This document shows, in pieces, positions 27,828 through 37,794 of a stretch of DNA of 64,000 bases. How positions within the stretch are numbered: position 1 is the first letter of the stretch; the number at the start of each line of letters is the position of its first letter. The stretch covers positions 548,637 through 612,636 of the forward strand of contig OZ244961.1 in the NCBI GenBank assembly GCA_965222715.1, given 5' to 3'. The position numbers were made by a program, and so were the translations under genes. The DNA is from Minisyncoccota bacterium (lineage in GTDB: Bacteria > Patescibacteriota > Minisyncoccia > Phycocordibacterales > JABMNX01). Below the pieces are notes generated by a model. It worked only from the letters and a program-made list of their open reading frames with translations. It made no database searches and was not told where the DNA came from.

Positions 27828-28919
27828 TTACATAAGTGCCAGACCTATTGCTGTTGCGTATGAAAGCGCTCGTTCTTCCTGGATCTGGGGTATGTACGCT
27901 TCATACGAAATGACGTTTTGCCACACATTTGCTCGCTCAACAGATACCTTCACTCCAGATGAGATATACTCTGGAAGACCTTTAAGTGAAGCATTACCTC
28001 CACACAAAATAATTGTGTGTACCTGATTTTCATCTTTTCTGTTTTCTTCTTTATTGTTCCAGTATGCGACATGTCGACTTATTTCATCACGAAGTACGGA
28101 AACAGTACTGATGAGTGAGTCGTGAAGTTCCTTATTTTGCTCAGTATCAACAAACCCTTTTGTATTTTTTATTTTTTCTGCTTCTATTTCATCCACCTGA
28201 AAATACTTCATGATTGCTTCAGTCATTTCATTACCACCTACGTTAACTGTTGAGGTGAAACCAACAATGCGATTCTTCACAATAGTGATGCTACTTCTGG
28301 TACGACCAAAGTCGACAATAAGGTAGGTTTTATTATCACCGTGTGGGATAACTGCGTTCGCAATTGCCTGACCTTCGAGCTCAAAAGAAACAGGAAAAAG
28401 TCCTGATTTTCTTAAAATATCTTGGTACCCAAGAATAAATTGTTTAGAAAAAACAGTAACACTTATTTCAATATTTTCTTTTTGTTCATGCACTACATCA
28501 TAATCAAAGATTGCATCTTGCGGTGTAATTGGCACGTGTTCTTCAAGTTGAAATTCAATACTACTACGAATTTGTTTTTCACTATCTGCTTGAGGAACAG
28601 AGGTTTGAAATAAGTAGGCCTTTTCTTCTGGAAGGGATGCTCGAATAAAGTGCATATTGTACTTTTCTCGGAGAGCGGCGAGTACCGCAATAAGAGCAGC
28701 AGGGTCTTGAACTTCCCCATTTTCTACAACCCCAGCCATGAGGCGTTTTTCTTCAATAAAATCTGGAATGTACCCTTCGCGAACTTTCTTTAAACCGAGA
28801 ACCTTCACACCACTATGAGATATATCAACACCAGTCGCAGCAAGATCAAGAAATGATGGTGGTGGAAATGATTTCAGTAGCCGTTCACTAAGCGAAATCT
28901 CTGCTGTATTTTTTTTCAT
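27828..28919 (-). CDS. pilM: Type IV pilus assembly protein PilM
   Basis: GVDISHSGVK, IVDFG, VGGNEMT, ILCGGNA actin-like fold motifs. Confidence 0.9.
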   Translation of the reverse strand: MKKNTAEISLSERLLKSFPPPSFLDLAATGVDISHSGVKVLGLKKVREGYIPDFIEEKRLMAGVVENGEVQDPAALIAVLAALREKYNMHFIRASLPEEKAYLFQTSVPQADSEKQIRSSIEFQLEEHVPITPQDAIFDYDVVHEQKENIEISVTVFSKQFILGYQDILRKSGLFPVSFELEGQAIANAVIPHGDNKTYLIVDFGRTRSSITIVKNRIVGFTSTVNVGGNEMTEAIMKYFQVDEIEAEKIKNTKGFVDTEQNKELHDSLISTVSVLRDEISRHVAYWNNKEENRKDENQVHTIILCGGNASLKGLPEYISSGVKVSVERANVWQNVISYEAYIPQIQEERALSYATAIGLALM

Positions 28920-28986
28920 GAATACATTTAGTATACCCTCCACAGCTCTTTTTTAAAAAATGAACGTGGGGTTATCTACACACAAC

Positions 28987-29586
28987 TTATACAAGAACAC
29001 GCGCAAGAATAAAAAGTATGATGAGTACCACAACAGCTCCGGTAAGAGCCGCTGAGTACCGTGAAAGTAATTTTACAGCGTATTCACCAAACAGGTGGAC
29101 CATGTATGCGATACCAATATAGCGGAGTCCACGACCAAGAATAGAGGCAACAAGAAAAACAAAGAAATTAATCTTTAAGAACCCAGAAACAAGCACAAAT
29201 ACTTTGTAAGGAATTGGAGTAAAGGCAGCAATAAATATAGACCAGAAGGCATTTTCACTAAAAAGTACGCGAACCACTTCAACCTCAGACGAGAGATTGT
29301 AAAAATCAATAATTTTTACACCAATAGTATCAAAGAAAAACACTGCAATAGCGTATCCAAACACGGCACCGAGAATTGAAGCAACAGTTGTTAGTATTCC
29401 TAAATACAGCCAGTTTCGAGAACTTACAAGGAGCATCGCGATAAGAAGAATGTCTGGCGGTACAAAGAGAAATGATGACTCAGTGAAAGAAAGGAAAAAG
29501 AGCCAGGCTTTTGCATACGCACCGTGAGCTCGTTCTTTAAACCACTCAGTACTGCGCATCTGAAAAGAAATGAGTTTAGTGTACAT
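28987..29586 (-). CDS. YqaA/DedA (VTT domain) membrane protein
   Basis: SFTESSF..VPPD, FTPIPYKVF, GRGLRY. Confidence 0.9.
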   Translation of the reverse strand: MYTKLISFQMRSTEWFKERAHGAYAKAWLFFLSFTESSFLFVPPDILLIAMLLVSSRNWLYLGILTTVASILGAVFGYAIAVFFFDTIGVKIIDFYNLSSEVEVVRVLFSENAFWSIFIAAFTPIPYKVFVLVSGFLKINFFVFLVASILGRGLRYIGIAYMVHLFGEYAVKLLSRYSAALTGAVVVLIILFILARVLV

Positions 29587-29589
29587 ATT

Positions 29590-29922
29590 CTACTGTATAC
29601 GACTTCCTGGAGTGATATCAGAGGTTGGTTCAATAAATGAAAATTCACCCGCTTCGTTTGAAACTGCTAAAATCATTCCGTTACTTTCTAGACCACGTAT
29701 CACCCGCGGCTCAAGGTTTATAATAAAAGGAAACTTTCTACCAATGAGTGCTTCTGGTTCAGTGTGCTGGGCAATACCTGATACAATCTGTCGTGGCGCA
29801 CTCTCCCCAACATTAACCATAAGCTTTATTAACTTGTCAGTTTCTGGCACTCGCTCAGCGGACACTATTTCCCCAATTGCAATATCTAATTGTGAAAAAT
29901 CATTATACGAAATCATACACAC
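29590..29922 (-). CDS. tRNA-binding OB-fold protein (Trbp111/MetRS C-terminal-like)
   Basis: DF..LDI, DKL, RQIVSGI, NLEPR..RGLESNGMILA. Confidence 0.9.
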   Translation of the reverse strand: MCMISYNDFSQLDIAIGEIVSAERVPETDKLIKLMVNVGESAPRQIVSGIAQHTEPEALIGRKFPFIINLEPRVIRGLESNGMILAVSNEAGEFSFIEPTSDITPGSRIQ

Positions 29923-29925
29923 ACT

Positions 29926-30315
29926 TTAGCTTCTCTTTCCTTGCTTATCAAGAAAACGCTGCAAAATAAGCGCTGCCGCAGAAGCGTCGATCATGATCTG
30001 TGTACTTCCCTCTCGACGAGCTTCTGATGAGGTGAAGAATTCTGGTTGAAGATACACTGGGATGTTGGTTTCTTTTTCAAGAAGCGCAACAAAACGTTTA
30101 ATATCGTCCATAATAAAATTTTCTGATCCATCAGTATTTAGTGATTGACCAACTACTATTGCTTCTACAGTATGGGTTTTAATAGTATCCCGAATCTCAC
30201 CAATGAGGGTGTGCGAATGCCTGAGAACAGCTTTAGGAAACGCAAGAGTGCCTGTATCATCAGAAATTGCTACACCAACCTTTTTAGTACCATAATCAAT
30301 GCCGAGATATTTCAT
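29926..30315 (-). CDS. ruvX: YqgF/RuvX RNase H-like protein
   Basis: LGIDYGTKKVGVAISD, E.FTS, IDASAAALILQ. Confidence 0.93.
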   Translation of the reverse strand: MKYLGIDYGTKKVGVAISDDTGTLAFPKAVLRHSHTLIGEIRDTIKTHTVEAIVVGQSLNTDGSENFIMDDIKRFVALLEKETNIPVYLQPEFFTSSEARREGSTQIMIDASAAALILQRFLDKQGKRS

Positions 30316-30379
30316 GTGTTGATTAAGTGTACCATGGCTTTAAAAAGCTGTTATTTGATGATACAGTGTACTCGACCAA

Positions 30380-30466
30380 GGAGAGGTGGCAGAGTGGTCG
30401 AATGCACCGGTCTTGAAAACCGGAGTCTCGGAAACGGGACCGTGGGTTCGAATCCCACCCTCTCCG
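30380..30466 (+). tRNA. tRNA-Ser(TGA)
   Basis: GGAGAGG...CCGGT-CTTGAAA-ACCGG, long variable arm, GTTCGAATCC. Confidence 0.96.
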
Positions 30467-30510
30467 CATTTATAAAAATAATGGCTTTATGCCATTTGTT
30501 TTTGTACACT

Positions 30511-30656
30511 AAGAGGAAGAACGGGGTTCGAACGGAACTTTTGCGCCGTAAGGAATAAGCAAAAGTCCGCGGCTCTGGAGGAGCACTGCGAGTATATTGT
30601 GAATACCTGGAACAATACGAGCAGTGTGGAGGAAGTGGAATCCCACCCCCTCCGCA
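30511..30656 (+). repeat. tRNA-Ser-associated structured element
   Basis: Loose inverted copy ggggttcgaac at about 30522, two hairpins, direct copy gaatcccaccccctccgca at 30638-30656 (1 mismatch to 30450-30468). Confidence 0.75.
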
Positions 30657-30677
30657 ATGTATTAAAATTTTTATCAT

Positions 30678-30935
30678 ATGAATGATATTTCATTTCTAAC
30701 AGAAGCAGATGGATCCTTCTTGATACTTCTTATTGTACTCATGATTTGGGTTACTGTATGGAAGGGTCTTGCACTCTGGAAGGCAGCACAACTACATCAT
30801 ACGTGGTGGTTTATTGCGATGTTGCTCATTAACACTATTGGAATCCTTGAAATACTCTACATATACTTTTTTTCTAAAAGAATGGAGAGATCAGAAGATG
30901 CTGCCACAGAAGACGCAGAAGAAGAGGTTGAGTAA
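30678..30935 (+). CDS. DUF5652-like small membrane protein
   Basis: WKGLALWKAA...WF..LL.INT.GILEILYI. Confidence 0.8.
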   Translation: MNDISFLTEADGSFLILLIVLMIWVTVWKGLALWKAAQLHHTWWFIAMLLINTIGILEILYIYFFSKRMERSEDAATEDAEEEVE

Positions 30936-31016
30936 TTGACACTAAATTGTATTCCGTAGCTAGAACACGTGCTACTATAAATGTATATGCGTGCACTAGT
31001 GCACTCTTTGTAATGT

Positions 31017-31472
31017 ATGGAACCAATTCGTTGGCAGGCACCTGAATATACACACTATGAAAAAAGCAGTGACTGGTACTGGGCACTTGGCATTGTTGCA
31101 CTTTCTGGTGCGGTAACTGCACTTATTTTAAAAAATATACTTTTCGCACTCTTTATTATTATTGCAGCATTTACTGTTGCTCTTTTTGCCTCGCGAAAAC
31201 CGCAACTGGTACACTTTGAACTGCAAAGACGAGGTATTGCTATTGATGAGACACTGTATCCATTCAATACACTTGAATCGTTTTGGATTCATGAAGATGA
31301 ACATGGTCATCACATGCTCATCCTAAAATCAGAACGATTTTTTATGCCACACATCGTTATCCCACTTACACAAAATATAGAGATGATACACGATACATTA
31401 AGCGAACGACTTACTGAAGAAGAAATGCAGGAACCAGTCTCGCATAAAATTCTAGAATTTTTTGGATTCTAA
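31017..31472 (+). CDS. Conserved CPR membrane protein (2 TM plus PH-like domain)
   Basis: W.APEY..YEKS.DWYW followed by 2 TM helices. Confidence 0.65.
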   Translation: MEPIRWQAPEYTHYEKSSDWYWALGIVALSGAVTALILKNILFALFIIIAAFTVALFASRKPQLVHFELQRRGIAIDETLYPFNTLESFWIHEDEHGHHMLILKSERFFMPHIVIPLTQNIEMIHDTLSERLTEEEMQEPVSHKILEFFGF

Positions 31473-31520
31473 TAGGAGTGAATTACCAAGCTGTAAAGAA
31501 AAAGGGAGATACTCGATATC

Positions 31521-31549
31521 TTGACATTTAAAAATAAATTTGGTACAAT
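31521..31549 (+). promoter_or_regulatory. sigma70-like promoter
   Basis: TTGACA-17 nt-TACAAT, followed by SD AAGGAG before 31595. Confidence 0.7.
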
Positions 31550-31594
31550 TAATAGAGAATAAAGATACCACACCCACCAACAAGGAGACAGATT

Positions 31595-32536
31595 ATGAGA
31601 ATCTCATTGTTTCTCGTCCTCGCGCTCTCCCTGCTTGGGGGATGTGCGTCGACAGATCAAGAAGTTACCGTGCCGGAATTCCCAACTCATCCAGAGACTC
31701 GCTTTTGGATTGATATGGATCCTGCATGTGACGAGCGACTTTCAAATGCTGATCCTGACGACTGCCTCGCCTACTTTCTCGCAAAGCGAGCGGGGATGAA
31801 TATTGTCGGGATTAGTACAACCGGAGGTAACGCGAACGAACGCGAGACCTGGTCTGTTGCCCAGCGCTTGGTTCATAGAGATGTTCCTCTCTATCGAGGA
31901 ATTGATAGAGGGGATGGAGTATGCGCCTCCGATGCAGTTCGTGCAATGAGAAATGCACTCATCGAAGGTCCTCTGCGTATCATTGCGCTCGGTCCGCTGA
32001 CCAACATCGCACACCTGCTGAGGTGCTATCCTGAATCTCAAGAAAATATAGAGGATATCATATTTGTTGGCTCTCGCTTTCTTGGTGAAGAGTTTGTCGT
32101 AAATCCTAACTGGCTCATTTCGTTTGAGTTACGAGACCTAAACGTTGTCGAAGACATACAAGCGGTGGAATTCGTTCTACAGCATGACCTACGACTTCGC
32201 TACGTCCCGTTCCAGGCAGGAATACAACTGTCGATGTATGCTTCAGAGCTTGTTGCCCAAGATATACAGCTTCCCGACTACCTGTACACTCGTCTGTACG
32301 ATTGGGGAGCAACGTCTTTCGTATTCTTGGGAGCAGATGGGTTTATACCCTTTGACTCTGCAGCAATTGCGCTTGCTCTCTGGCCTCAAAAGTTTTCATG
32401 TGTGCCAGTACACGCAAACATCGTTAGTGGTGACCTCATCACGAAACTACATCAAGGTGGAGTACACCAACACTGCACCCCGAGAGAGAGCCTAGTAGTA
32501 AAACGCTACATCCTCGGAACACTCACCCTACCATAA
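31595..32536 (+). CDS. Nucleoside hydrolase (IUNH family) lipoprotein
   Basis: Lipobox LLGGC; IDMDP...DPDD.LA, GISTTGGN, ALGPLTNIA, PFD motifs. Confidence 0.8.
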   Translation: MRISLFLVLALSLLGGCASTDQEVTVPEFPTHPETRFWIDMDPACDERLSNADPDDCLAYFLAKRAGMNIVGISTTGGNANERETWSVAQRLVHRDVPLYRGIDRGDGVCASDAVRAMRNALIEGPLRIIALGPLTNIAHLLRCYPESQENIEDIIFVGSRFLGEEFVVNPNWLISFELRDLNVVEDIQAVEFVLQHDLRLRYVPFQAGIQLSMYASELVAQDIQLPDYLYTRLYDWGATSFVFLGADGFIPFDSAAIALALWPQKFSCVPVHANIVSGDLITKLHQGGVHQHCTPRESLVVKRYILGTLTLP

Positions 32537-32588
32537 GCGCACAAGCGATTGTGGTAGGGTTTTTTGTATCTCATTAGAATAAACGTCT

Positions 32589-33341
32589 CTAGAATTCTTG
32601 GAAGAGAGGAAGCAGCTCTACCGTAACGGTACTACTTACACTTCCTGCTTCAGTACTACATGAAAGAGTGTACGTAGTCTCTTGCCCAAGAGCGCTTGTT
32701 GTTTGTGATCCAGAGAGACCACTAAAGGAATCGGTAATGTTTGGATTATCTTCTGATACGGAACAGCTATCAACATCAGTTGCTGACCAGCTAATAACTG
32801 AGGTCTCACCTGAGCGAATTCTTTCAGGATTTGCAGAAATTGAAAGCTCTGGGTCAAATACAGTGATTGTTTGAGATGTTTGCCCACCACTTGAACAGAT
32901 AACAGTATATTCTGTTGTTGCAGTTGGAGAAACTTCAGCAGAACCAGAGGTTTCACCACCTGTTGAGAAATTAACCCCGGAACTTGAAATAGAGCTAAAA
33001 CATGACCACGAGAGAGTACACGAACCACCTTCGTTCAAAGAGCCGCTACAGTTATTACCAAATGTTGGTGGCGGTACATAAGAGCCCTGACTGTAGTAAG
33101 AGCTTTGTCCGTAATACCCACCTTGTCCGTAATGAGGAGAACCTTTTGAAGCAGGTATTGCAAAACCGCCACTTTCTCCAGAAGGAGATGTAGAAAATAA
33201 TCCAACTTCCACAGATGGATTAAGAGCAAGAGTCTTTTCTTCATCATAGTTTACTAGGAAGACTACTCCAACAAAAAGAAAAACGGAAAGGAGTACTAAC
33301 GATTGAGAAAATTTTTTGTTACCTTTTTTGAAAAAGTGCAT
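32589..33341 (-). CDS. Membrane-anchored Ser/Thr-rich surface protein with Ig-like repeats
   Basis: TM, Y-x-Q-x-x-Y repeats, two LSWSC...TEYTVIC / ISWSA...TTYTLSC modules. Confidence 0.65.
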   Translation of the reverse strand: MHFFKKGNKKFSQSLVLLSVFLFVGVVFLVNYDEEKTLALNPSVEVGLFSTSPSGESGGFAIPASKGSPHYGQGGYYGQSSYYSQGSYVPPPTFGNNCSGSLNEGGSCTLSWSCFSSISSSGVNFSTGGETSGSAEVSPTATTEYTVICSSGGQTSQTITVFDPELSISANPERIRSGETSVISWSATDVDSCSVSEDNPNITDSFSGLSGSQTTSALGQETTYTLSCSTEAGSVSSTVTVELLPLFQEF

Positions 33342-33373
33342 ACCTGTACTTTAAATTAATAGTAAATCACAAC

Positions 33374-34219
33374 TTATAAATCCGCAACTAGTTCTATGTT
33401 TGTTTCTATTGCTGTAATCATAGCGGAGAGAGCTTGGGGGGCAATATTTGGATCATTACCCGGGTATGCATACGACCAATCTCTGGGGGTTAATTTTTTA
33501 GTTTCTAAAAGTGCTTGGTCTAAGTATTTTTTTGCTTCTATTTCCTCTCCTAAATTTAAATAGGCTACTCCCAGCATGTTTAATAACCAAGGGTTGTTGG
33601 GGGCATATACCAAACCCTCTTCGGTGGTCTCTTTTACTAAATTAAAATCTCCTAACTGAAAGTAAATCCATGCAAGATCATTGTACCCCGCCCATATATC
33701 TGTTCGATGTGTACCAGTACTTAATGTAATTTCTTTTTGAATCTCAATGTATTTTAAGAAATCTTCAGCAGCATCTTCTAGTCTGCCCATGTATCCCAAT
33801 ATTAATCCGCGAGTATAAAATCCTTTCAGAAGATATAAGTCTTCAGATACACTATTACTACTTTCTATATGTTCATTAATTTGACCTAATGCAGTGTAAA
33901 AATTCCCATTCAAGAATGAAATACGTGCAATTTGATACATAGCCCATGGAAACGATGTGTCGTATTCCAAGGTTTTTTTAAAATATGTTTCTGCTTGAAC
34001 TAAATCATATACCCCACTCTGATCTTCTGTGGTATTAAAATAGTAGTTACCAATCCGAAAAGAAAGCTCTGGATTGGGATCAAGGAAAAGTGACAATTCT
34101 GCTACACGAAACAGTTCCCACGTCTTTACCGCAATCTGTTCACGAAGGAAAAAAATTCCCACTGTTACAACAATTAAAATTGTTACGACTGTAGAAATGT
34201 ATTTAAAAGAAATGTGCAT
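33374..34219 (-). CDS. Membrane-anchored TPR protein
   Basis: N-terminal TM; TPR-like helices (YNDLAWIYFQLG, LNMLGVAYLNLG). Confidence 0.8.
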   Translation of the reverse strand: MHISFKYISTVVTILIVVTVGIFFLREQIAVKTWELFRVAELSLFLDPNPELSFRIGNYYFNTTEDQSGVYDLVQAETYFKKTLEYDTSFPWAMYQIARISFLNGNFYTALGQINEHIESSNSVSEDLYLLKGFYTRGLILGYMGRLEDAAEDFLKYIEIQKEITLSTGTHRTDIWAGYNDLAWIYFQLGDFNLVKETTEEGLVYAPNNPWLLNMLGVAYLNLGEEIEAKKYLDQALLETKKLTPRDWSYAYPGNDPNIAPQALSAMITAIETNIELVADL

Positions 34220-34318
34220 GTAGAGATTATTTTACACTAAAAACTTGAGTATTTAAGTGTTTTTTGGGAAAACCTAAAACAATACCATACCGGGTATACT
34301 CTGAGTATAATAAAAAAT

Positions 34319-34347
34319 TTGACAAAATATATAAAAAATGATAAAAT
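34319..34347 (+). promoter_or_regulatory. sigma70-like promoter
   Basis: TTGACA-17 nt-TAAAAT with extended TG; SD GGAGGTG before 34391. Confidence 0.7.
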
Positions 34348-34390
34348 ATAAACAGACTACGCATTACAACAAACGCACTGGAGGTGCACT

Positions 34391-34981
34391 ATGCTGACGA
34401 AAATTTTGGCAATTTCCGCCATCTTCGCCGCCATCTTCTCCACACCCTCACTCGCAGGTGAGGTGGAAGAGATGATTCCCCAGGTCTCAAGTGGTGAACT
34501 CCGCTACGATGGATCAAAAGGTGAATTCACCTACACCATCATCGATGCCCGGAACCACAGAAACAGTGAAGGTACGGATATAACTGTTACCGAATGGGGT
34601 AATCGTACCCGTTCCGATAGAACCAATGGCGTTCAGACCTGGAACCCCGACAGCCGAGAACTTCCTACTGAGCCGATGTACGTTGGTCTTGCCTGGGAAG
34701 AAAGTATCTCCGGCGAACGTGGGGGCCGATACTACCATCGTACAACCGAGTGTGAGGTGGAAGAGCGGGCCGACATCACAATCGCCGCCGGCACGTTCAG
34801 AAACGCCTGGAAGGTAGGCTGTAAGATCTACGAGGACCGGCTGTTCGTTCGCTTTGACGGCTGGTTTTCGGAGCGCGGGAGAATCAAGCTTCGGTCTCAG
34901 TACTCTGGAGACTTCCAGTACCGAGACGAGCTCCAAGGAGCTTCTCCGGAGCTTCTCCGTGCAATCGATCACAGCGAATAA
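34391..34981 (+). CDS. Secreted hypothetical protein (GC-rich cassette)
   Basis: Signal peptide ending SLA; ITIAAGTF motif; own promoter, SD and terminator (about 34994-35018). Confidence 0.7.
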   Translation: MLTKILAISAIFAAIFSTPSLAGEVEEMIPQVSSGELRYDGSKGEFTYTIIDARNHRNSEGTDITVTEWGNRTRSDRTNGVQTWNPDSRELPTEPMYVGLAWEESISGERGGRYYHRTTECEVEERADITIAAGTFRNAWKVGCKIYEDRLFVRFDGWFSERGRIKLRSQYSGDFQYRDELQGASPELLRAIDHSE

Positions 34982-35037
34982 GCGAAGGCTCTTGGGGCGT
35001 CACAACAAGTGACGTCCCATTTTCTTTAAACACACTC

Positions 35038-35577
35038 TTACAGTGTTAGTTTAAATTTTTTTGCGACGTTAATAAGAAGAAAAATGCTTACAATAAGTAG
35101 TATTTCGGCGATAAAAAAGAAAAGGGTGCTGTCTGTAGTTAACAAGAATGATGACACGCTGGTTCCTAAGAGAGAAATAAGAATTATACTTCCTATAACT
35201 CCACAAGACAAACAGGTTATACCTAAAGAAACACCAACTAATGCAAATACGCCAGTAGAAAGACTTTTGAATGATAAACTATTTTTCTTTTGCGAAAATA
35301 ATGAGAGGAGTACGGTTACGTATACACCAATTAGTAGTGAAATAACAATATAGTGAACAAGTATCCATCCAGCTTCTGCGGTAAACAAAGAAGCTAGTAT
35401 TCCGGGTAATATATTGAGAAATAGTGAAAATGGAAATGCGCCACTTATAACCCCTAACAAAAGAGTACTTTCTGAGAAGAAAAATAATGCCAAAAATACA
35501 AGAAAAGATATTACAAAAAAGATCTTCTTTGTAGCAACTTGATACAAGATGTGGGTGATGTTATTTGAGCTCATCAA
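35038..35577 (-). CDS. Membrane protein with CxxC in TM region
   Basis: 4-5 TM helices, GITCLSCG; overlaps the DsbA gene stop. Confidence 0.65.
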   Translation of the reverse strand: MMSSNNITHILYQVATKKIFFVISFLVFLALFFFSESTLLLGVISGAFPFSLFLNILPGILASLFTAEAGWILVHYIVISLLIGVYVTVLLSLFSQKKNSLSFKSLSTGVFALVGVSLGITCLSCGVIGSIILISLLGTSVSSFLLTTDSTLFFFIAEILLIVSIFLLINVAKKFKLTL

Positions 35578-36256
35578 GCATGATATCTACTATCTCTCTA
35601 AATGTTGCTTCTGGCTTGTTGCCAACAATATCATAGACACTTTGTGATGATACAAGAAATGTATGCGGAACAGTCCCTACACCAAGGACCTCTCCTGTTT
35701 TATGTTGTCTTTTTATATTTTCAAAACCATACTTATCAGCAAAGCATTGATCAATTACTTCAGAAGTAACCCCGACCTTTGAAGCACTTCTTTTAACATC
35801 TTCAAGAGGAATGTCTAACAACTGAACCCCCTCCGGGAGAAAGGTGTATAAATCATCCATAAACTCAAAGAAAGCATCCTCTCCACGTTCCCGCGCAACA
35901 CATTCGGCAGCCGCCTCTTCTTCATCAATAATTCCTCGATACCGATAGAGAGGAATGTGTCGATACATCAATGCAATAGTGTCTGGATTACTATCTACAA
36001 TTCGCTTTAACTTAGGATAAAGATACCGACAAAATTCACAGTTTACATCGGTATATTTTACTAAAAGTATTTGTGCATTAGGGTTGCCATAGACGTGATC
36101 TCCTTCTTGTATTGAAAGAGCCTTTCTCTTAAAATCATCACGACTTAAAACTTCCTCTGTATAGTTTTGTTCAACACGTTGATTGTATAGAAAAATACCT
36201 ACAATAAGAATTATTGCTGCGAGAAGTATGCTTACTAAAGGAATATTTTTCTTCAT
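35561..36256 (-). CDS. DsbA-family thiol-disulfide oxidoreductase
   Basis: DHVYGNPNA, YTDVNCEFC, YRHIPL, GVGTVP. Confidence 0.9.
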   Translation of the reverse strand: MKKNIPLVSILLAAIILIVGIFLYNQRVEQNYTEEVLSRDDFKRKALSIQEGDHVYGNPNAQILLVKYTDVNCEFCRYLYPKLKRIVDSNPDTIALMYRHIPLYRYRGIIDEEEAAAECVARERGEDAFFEFMDDLYTFLPEGVQLLDIPLEDVKRSASKVGVTSEVIDQCFADKYGFENIKRQHKTGEVLGVGTVPHTFLVSSQSVYDIVGNKPEATFREIVDIMLDELK

Positions 36257-36266
36257 AACACCTTAA

Positions 36267-37454
36267 CTAAAAATCTGATTCAGACCACCCGAGCGATAGT
36301 AACATCTCTTTAAATTCTGGTATTGATCGAGCAACATCAACCAATTCTCCTTTTTGATTGTATGTATTATTTTTTTCAGCAATAAACAAACGTTTAAAAC
36401 CAGGGTACGTGTCAATATCTAACCAAAACGGTTCAAGTAAATTTCGCACCTCATTAAGACGACCTTCTTCATACAAAAAGAGATTGAGGGCGTACGCATA
36501 TCGAACACGCATATCAGAATTATTATTAGCAATGAGTGCAGCATTGATAGCATCTCGCATTGCAGATTCATAGTCATAGTCTAGACTAGCTGCTGAAAGA
36601 CGAGCAAAGGTAATAGCTTTAAGATAGAGTGCTTCTGGTATGAGGTCGCTTGCACCCTCACTTCCTCTTGTTCTCCTAATATCAGATTCCGCGTTGTCTA
36701 ATTTTTGATTAATAAGCGGCACATATTCATTCTTTAAATTTTCAAAATTGGGACTGTTGTTAATATGGGCCCGCTTTAATTCGTTAGCATACCACTTTGC
36801 AGAATGTAGCTCTGAAATAGCAAGCGGATAAAATGATGATGCATACTCATACAATCTTCTAAAAGAAAGTACCGTATCACCTTCAGAGTAAAAACTTTCA
36901 TATGGACTGCCAGAAAAAATAACTGACAAGAGCTCTGTATCTAAATTACGATCAAATAAAAGCCCTATTCTCTGTACTGCATAGGCTCGTTGTGTATTTG
37001 AATAGCTATCATTGGCTGCAATATCCTTAAGAATGCTAACTGCTTCCTCAGGACTACTGTATGTTTGTGTCAAAGAGATTTTGTAAAGAATCTGACCCTC
37101 TTGGTCTGGATTTTCAGCTAGCTGTAATGCTTCCTTATATAAGATCTCTGCATTTCTTAAATTTTCTTCACGTGATGAACCTACTGCATTTCGCAAGAAA
37201 TCCTCTGCTTGTATGTATGATTCATTTTGGCTAAGAGTTGATAAACTACCCTCCTCAATAAAAGTATTTTCTTGATTATTGTTAGTAGTAGGTGTAGTAA
37301 TATTTGATGTATACAAAAAGAAACCAATGATGGCTATGAGGAGTACGAGAAAGGTGCTGAGCACTGCTATATACGGGGTGTAACTTTTTTTTGACACTTC
37401 TTCTTGCAGCACTTCACTACTATTTTCTAAATTTTGAGTATCTTCTGTTTCCAC
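36267..37454 (-). CDS. Membrane-anchored helical-repeat hypothetical protein
   Basis: N-terminal TM, then all-alpha TPR-like pattern. Confidence 0.6.
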   Translation of the reverse strand: METEDTQNLENSSEVLQEEVSKKSYTPYIAVLSTFLVLLIAIIGFFLYTSNITTPTTNNNQENTFIEEGSLSTLSQNESYIQAEDFLRNAVGSSREENLRNAEILYKEALQLAENPDQEGQILYKISLTQTYSSPEEAVSILKDIAANDSYSNTQRAYAVQRIGLLFDRNLDTELLSVIFSGSPYESFYSEGDTVLSFRRLYEYASSFYPLAISELHSAKWYANELKRAHINNSPNFENLKNEYVPLINQKLDNAESDIRRTRGSEGASDLIPEALYLKAITFARLSAASLDYDYESAMRDAINAALIANNNSDMRVRYAYALNLFLYEEGRLNEVRNLLEPFWLDIDTYPGFKRLFIAEKNNTYNQKGELVDVARSIPEFKEMLLSLGWSESDF

Positions 37455-37479
37455 GTTGTTTTAACTTAATATACTTACT

Positions 37480-37752
37480 TTAAAAACCATCTGGTCCACA
37501 ACCATCTGCACCGCCCCCATCAGACCCATCACAACCGTCTCTTCCCCCGCCGCCTCCATCAGGTCCTCCACCACCGCCTCCACCTGGCGCATCAGCATAT
37601 ACATTCGGTGGTGAATTAGTATATCCACCAGGGATAAGGGAAGTTACAAACGCAATAAGAGCAAAAACGATACTATAGAGAAAGAAATTTTTAATTTTGC
37701 TGATTTTTTTCATAGATGACAAAAATGAATCGCTACTCTGCTTATTATCCAT
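37480..37752 (-). CDS. Small secreted Gly/Asp/Cys-rich peptide
   Basis: Hydrophobic signal segment, VYA|D cleavage-like site, tail DAPGGGGGGGPDGGGGGRDGCDGSDGGGADGCGPDGF. Confidence 0.7.
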   Translation of the reverse strand: MDNKQSSDSFLSSMKKISKIKNFFLYSIVFALIAFVTSLIPGGYTNSPPNVYADAPGGGGGGGPDGGGGGRDGCDGSDGGGADGCGPDGF

Positions 37753-37794
37753 TGTACCATTTATTTATATGCGGTGAAAAAGCTAGAGACTTTC

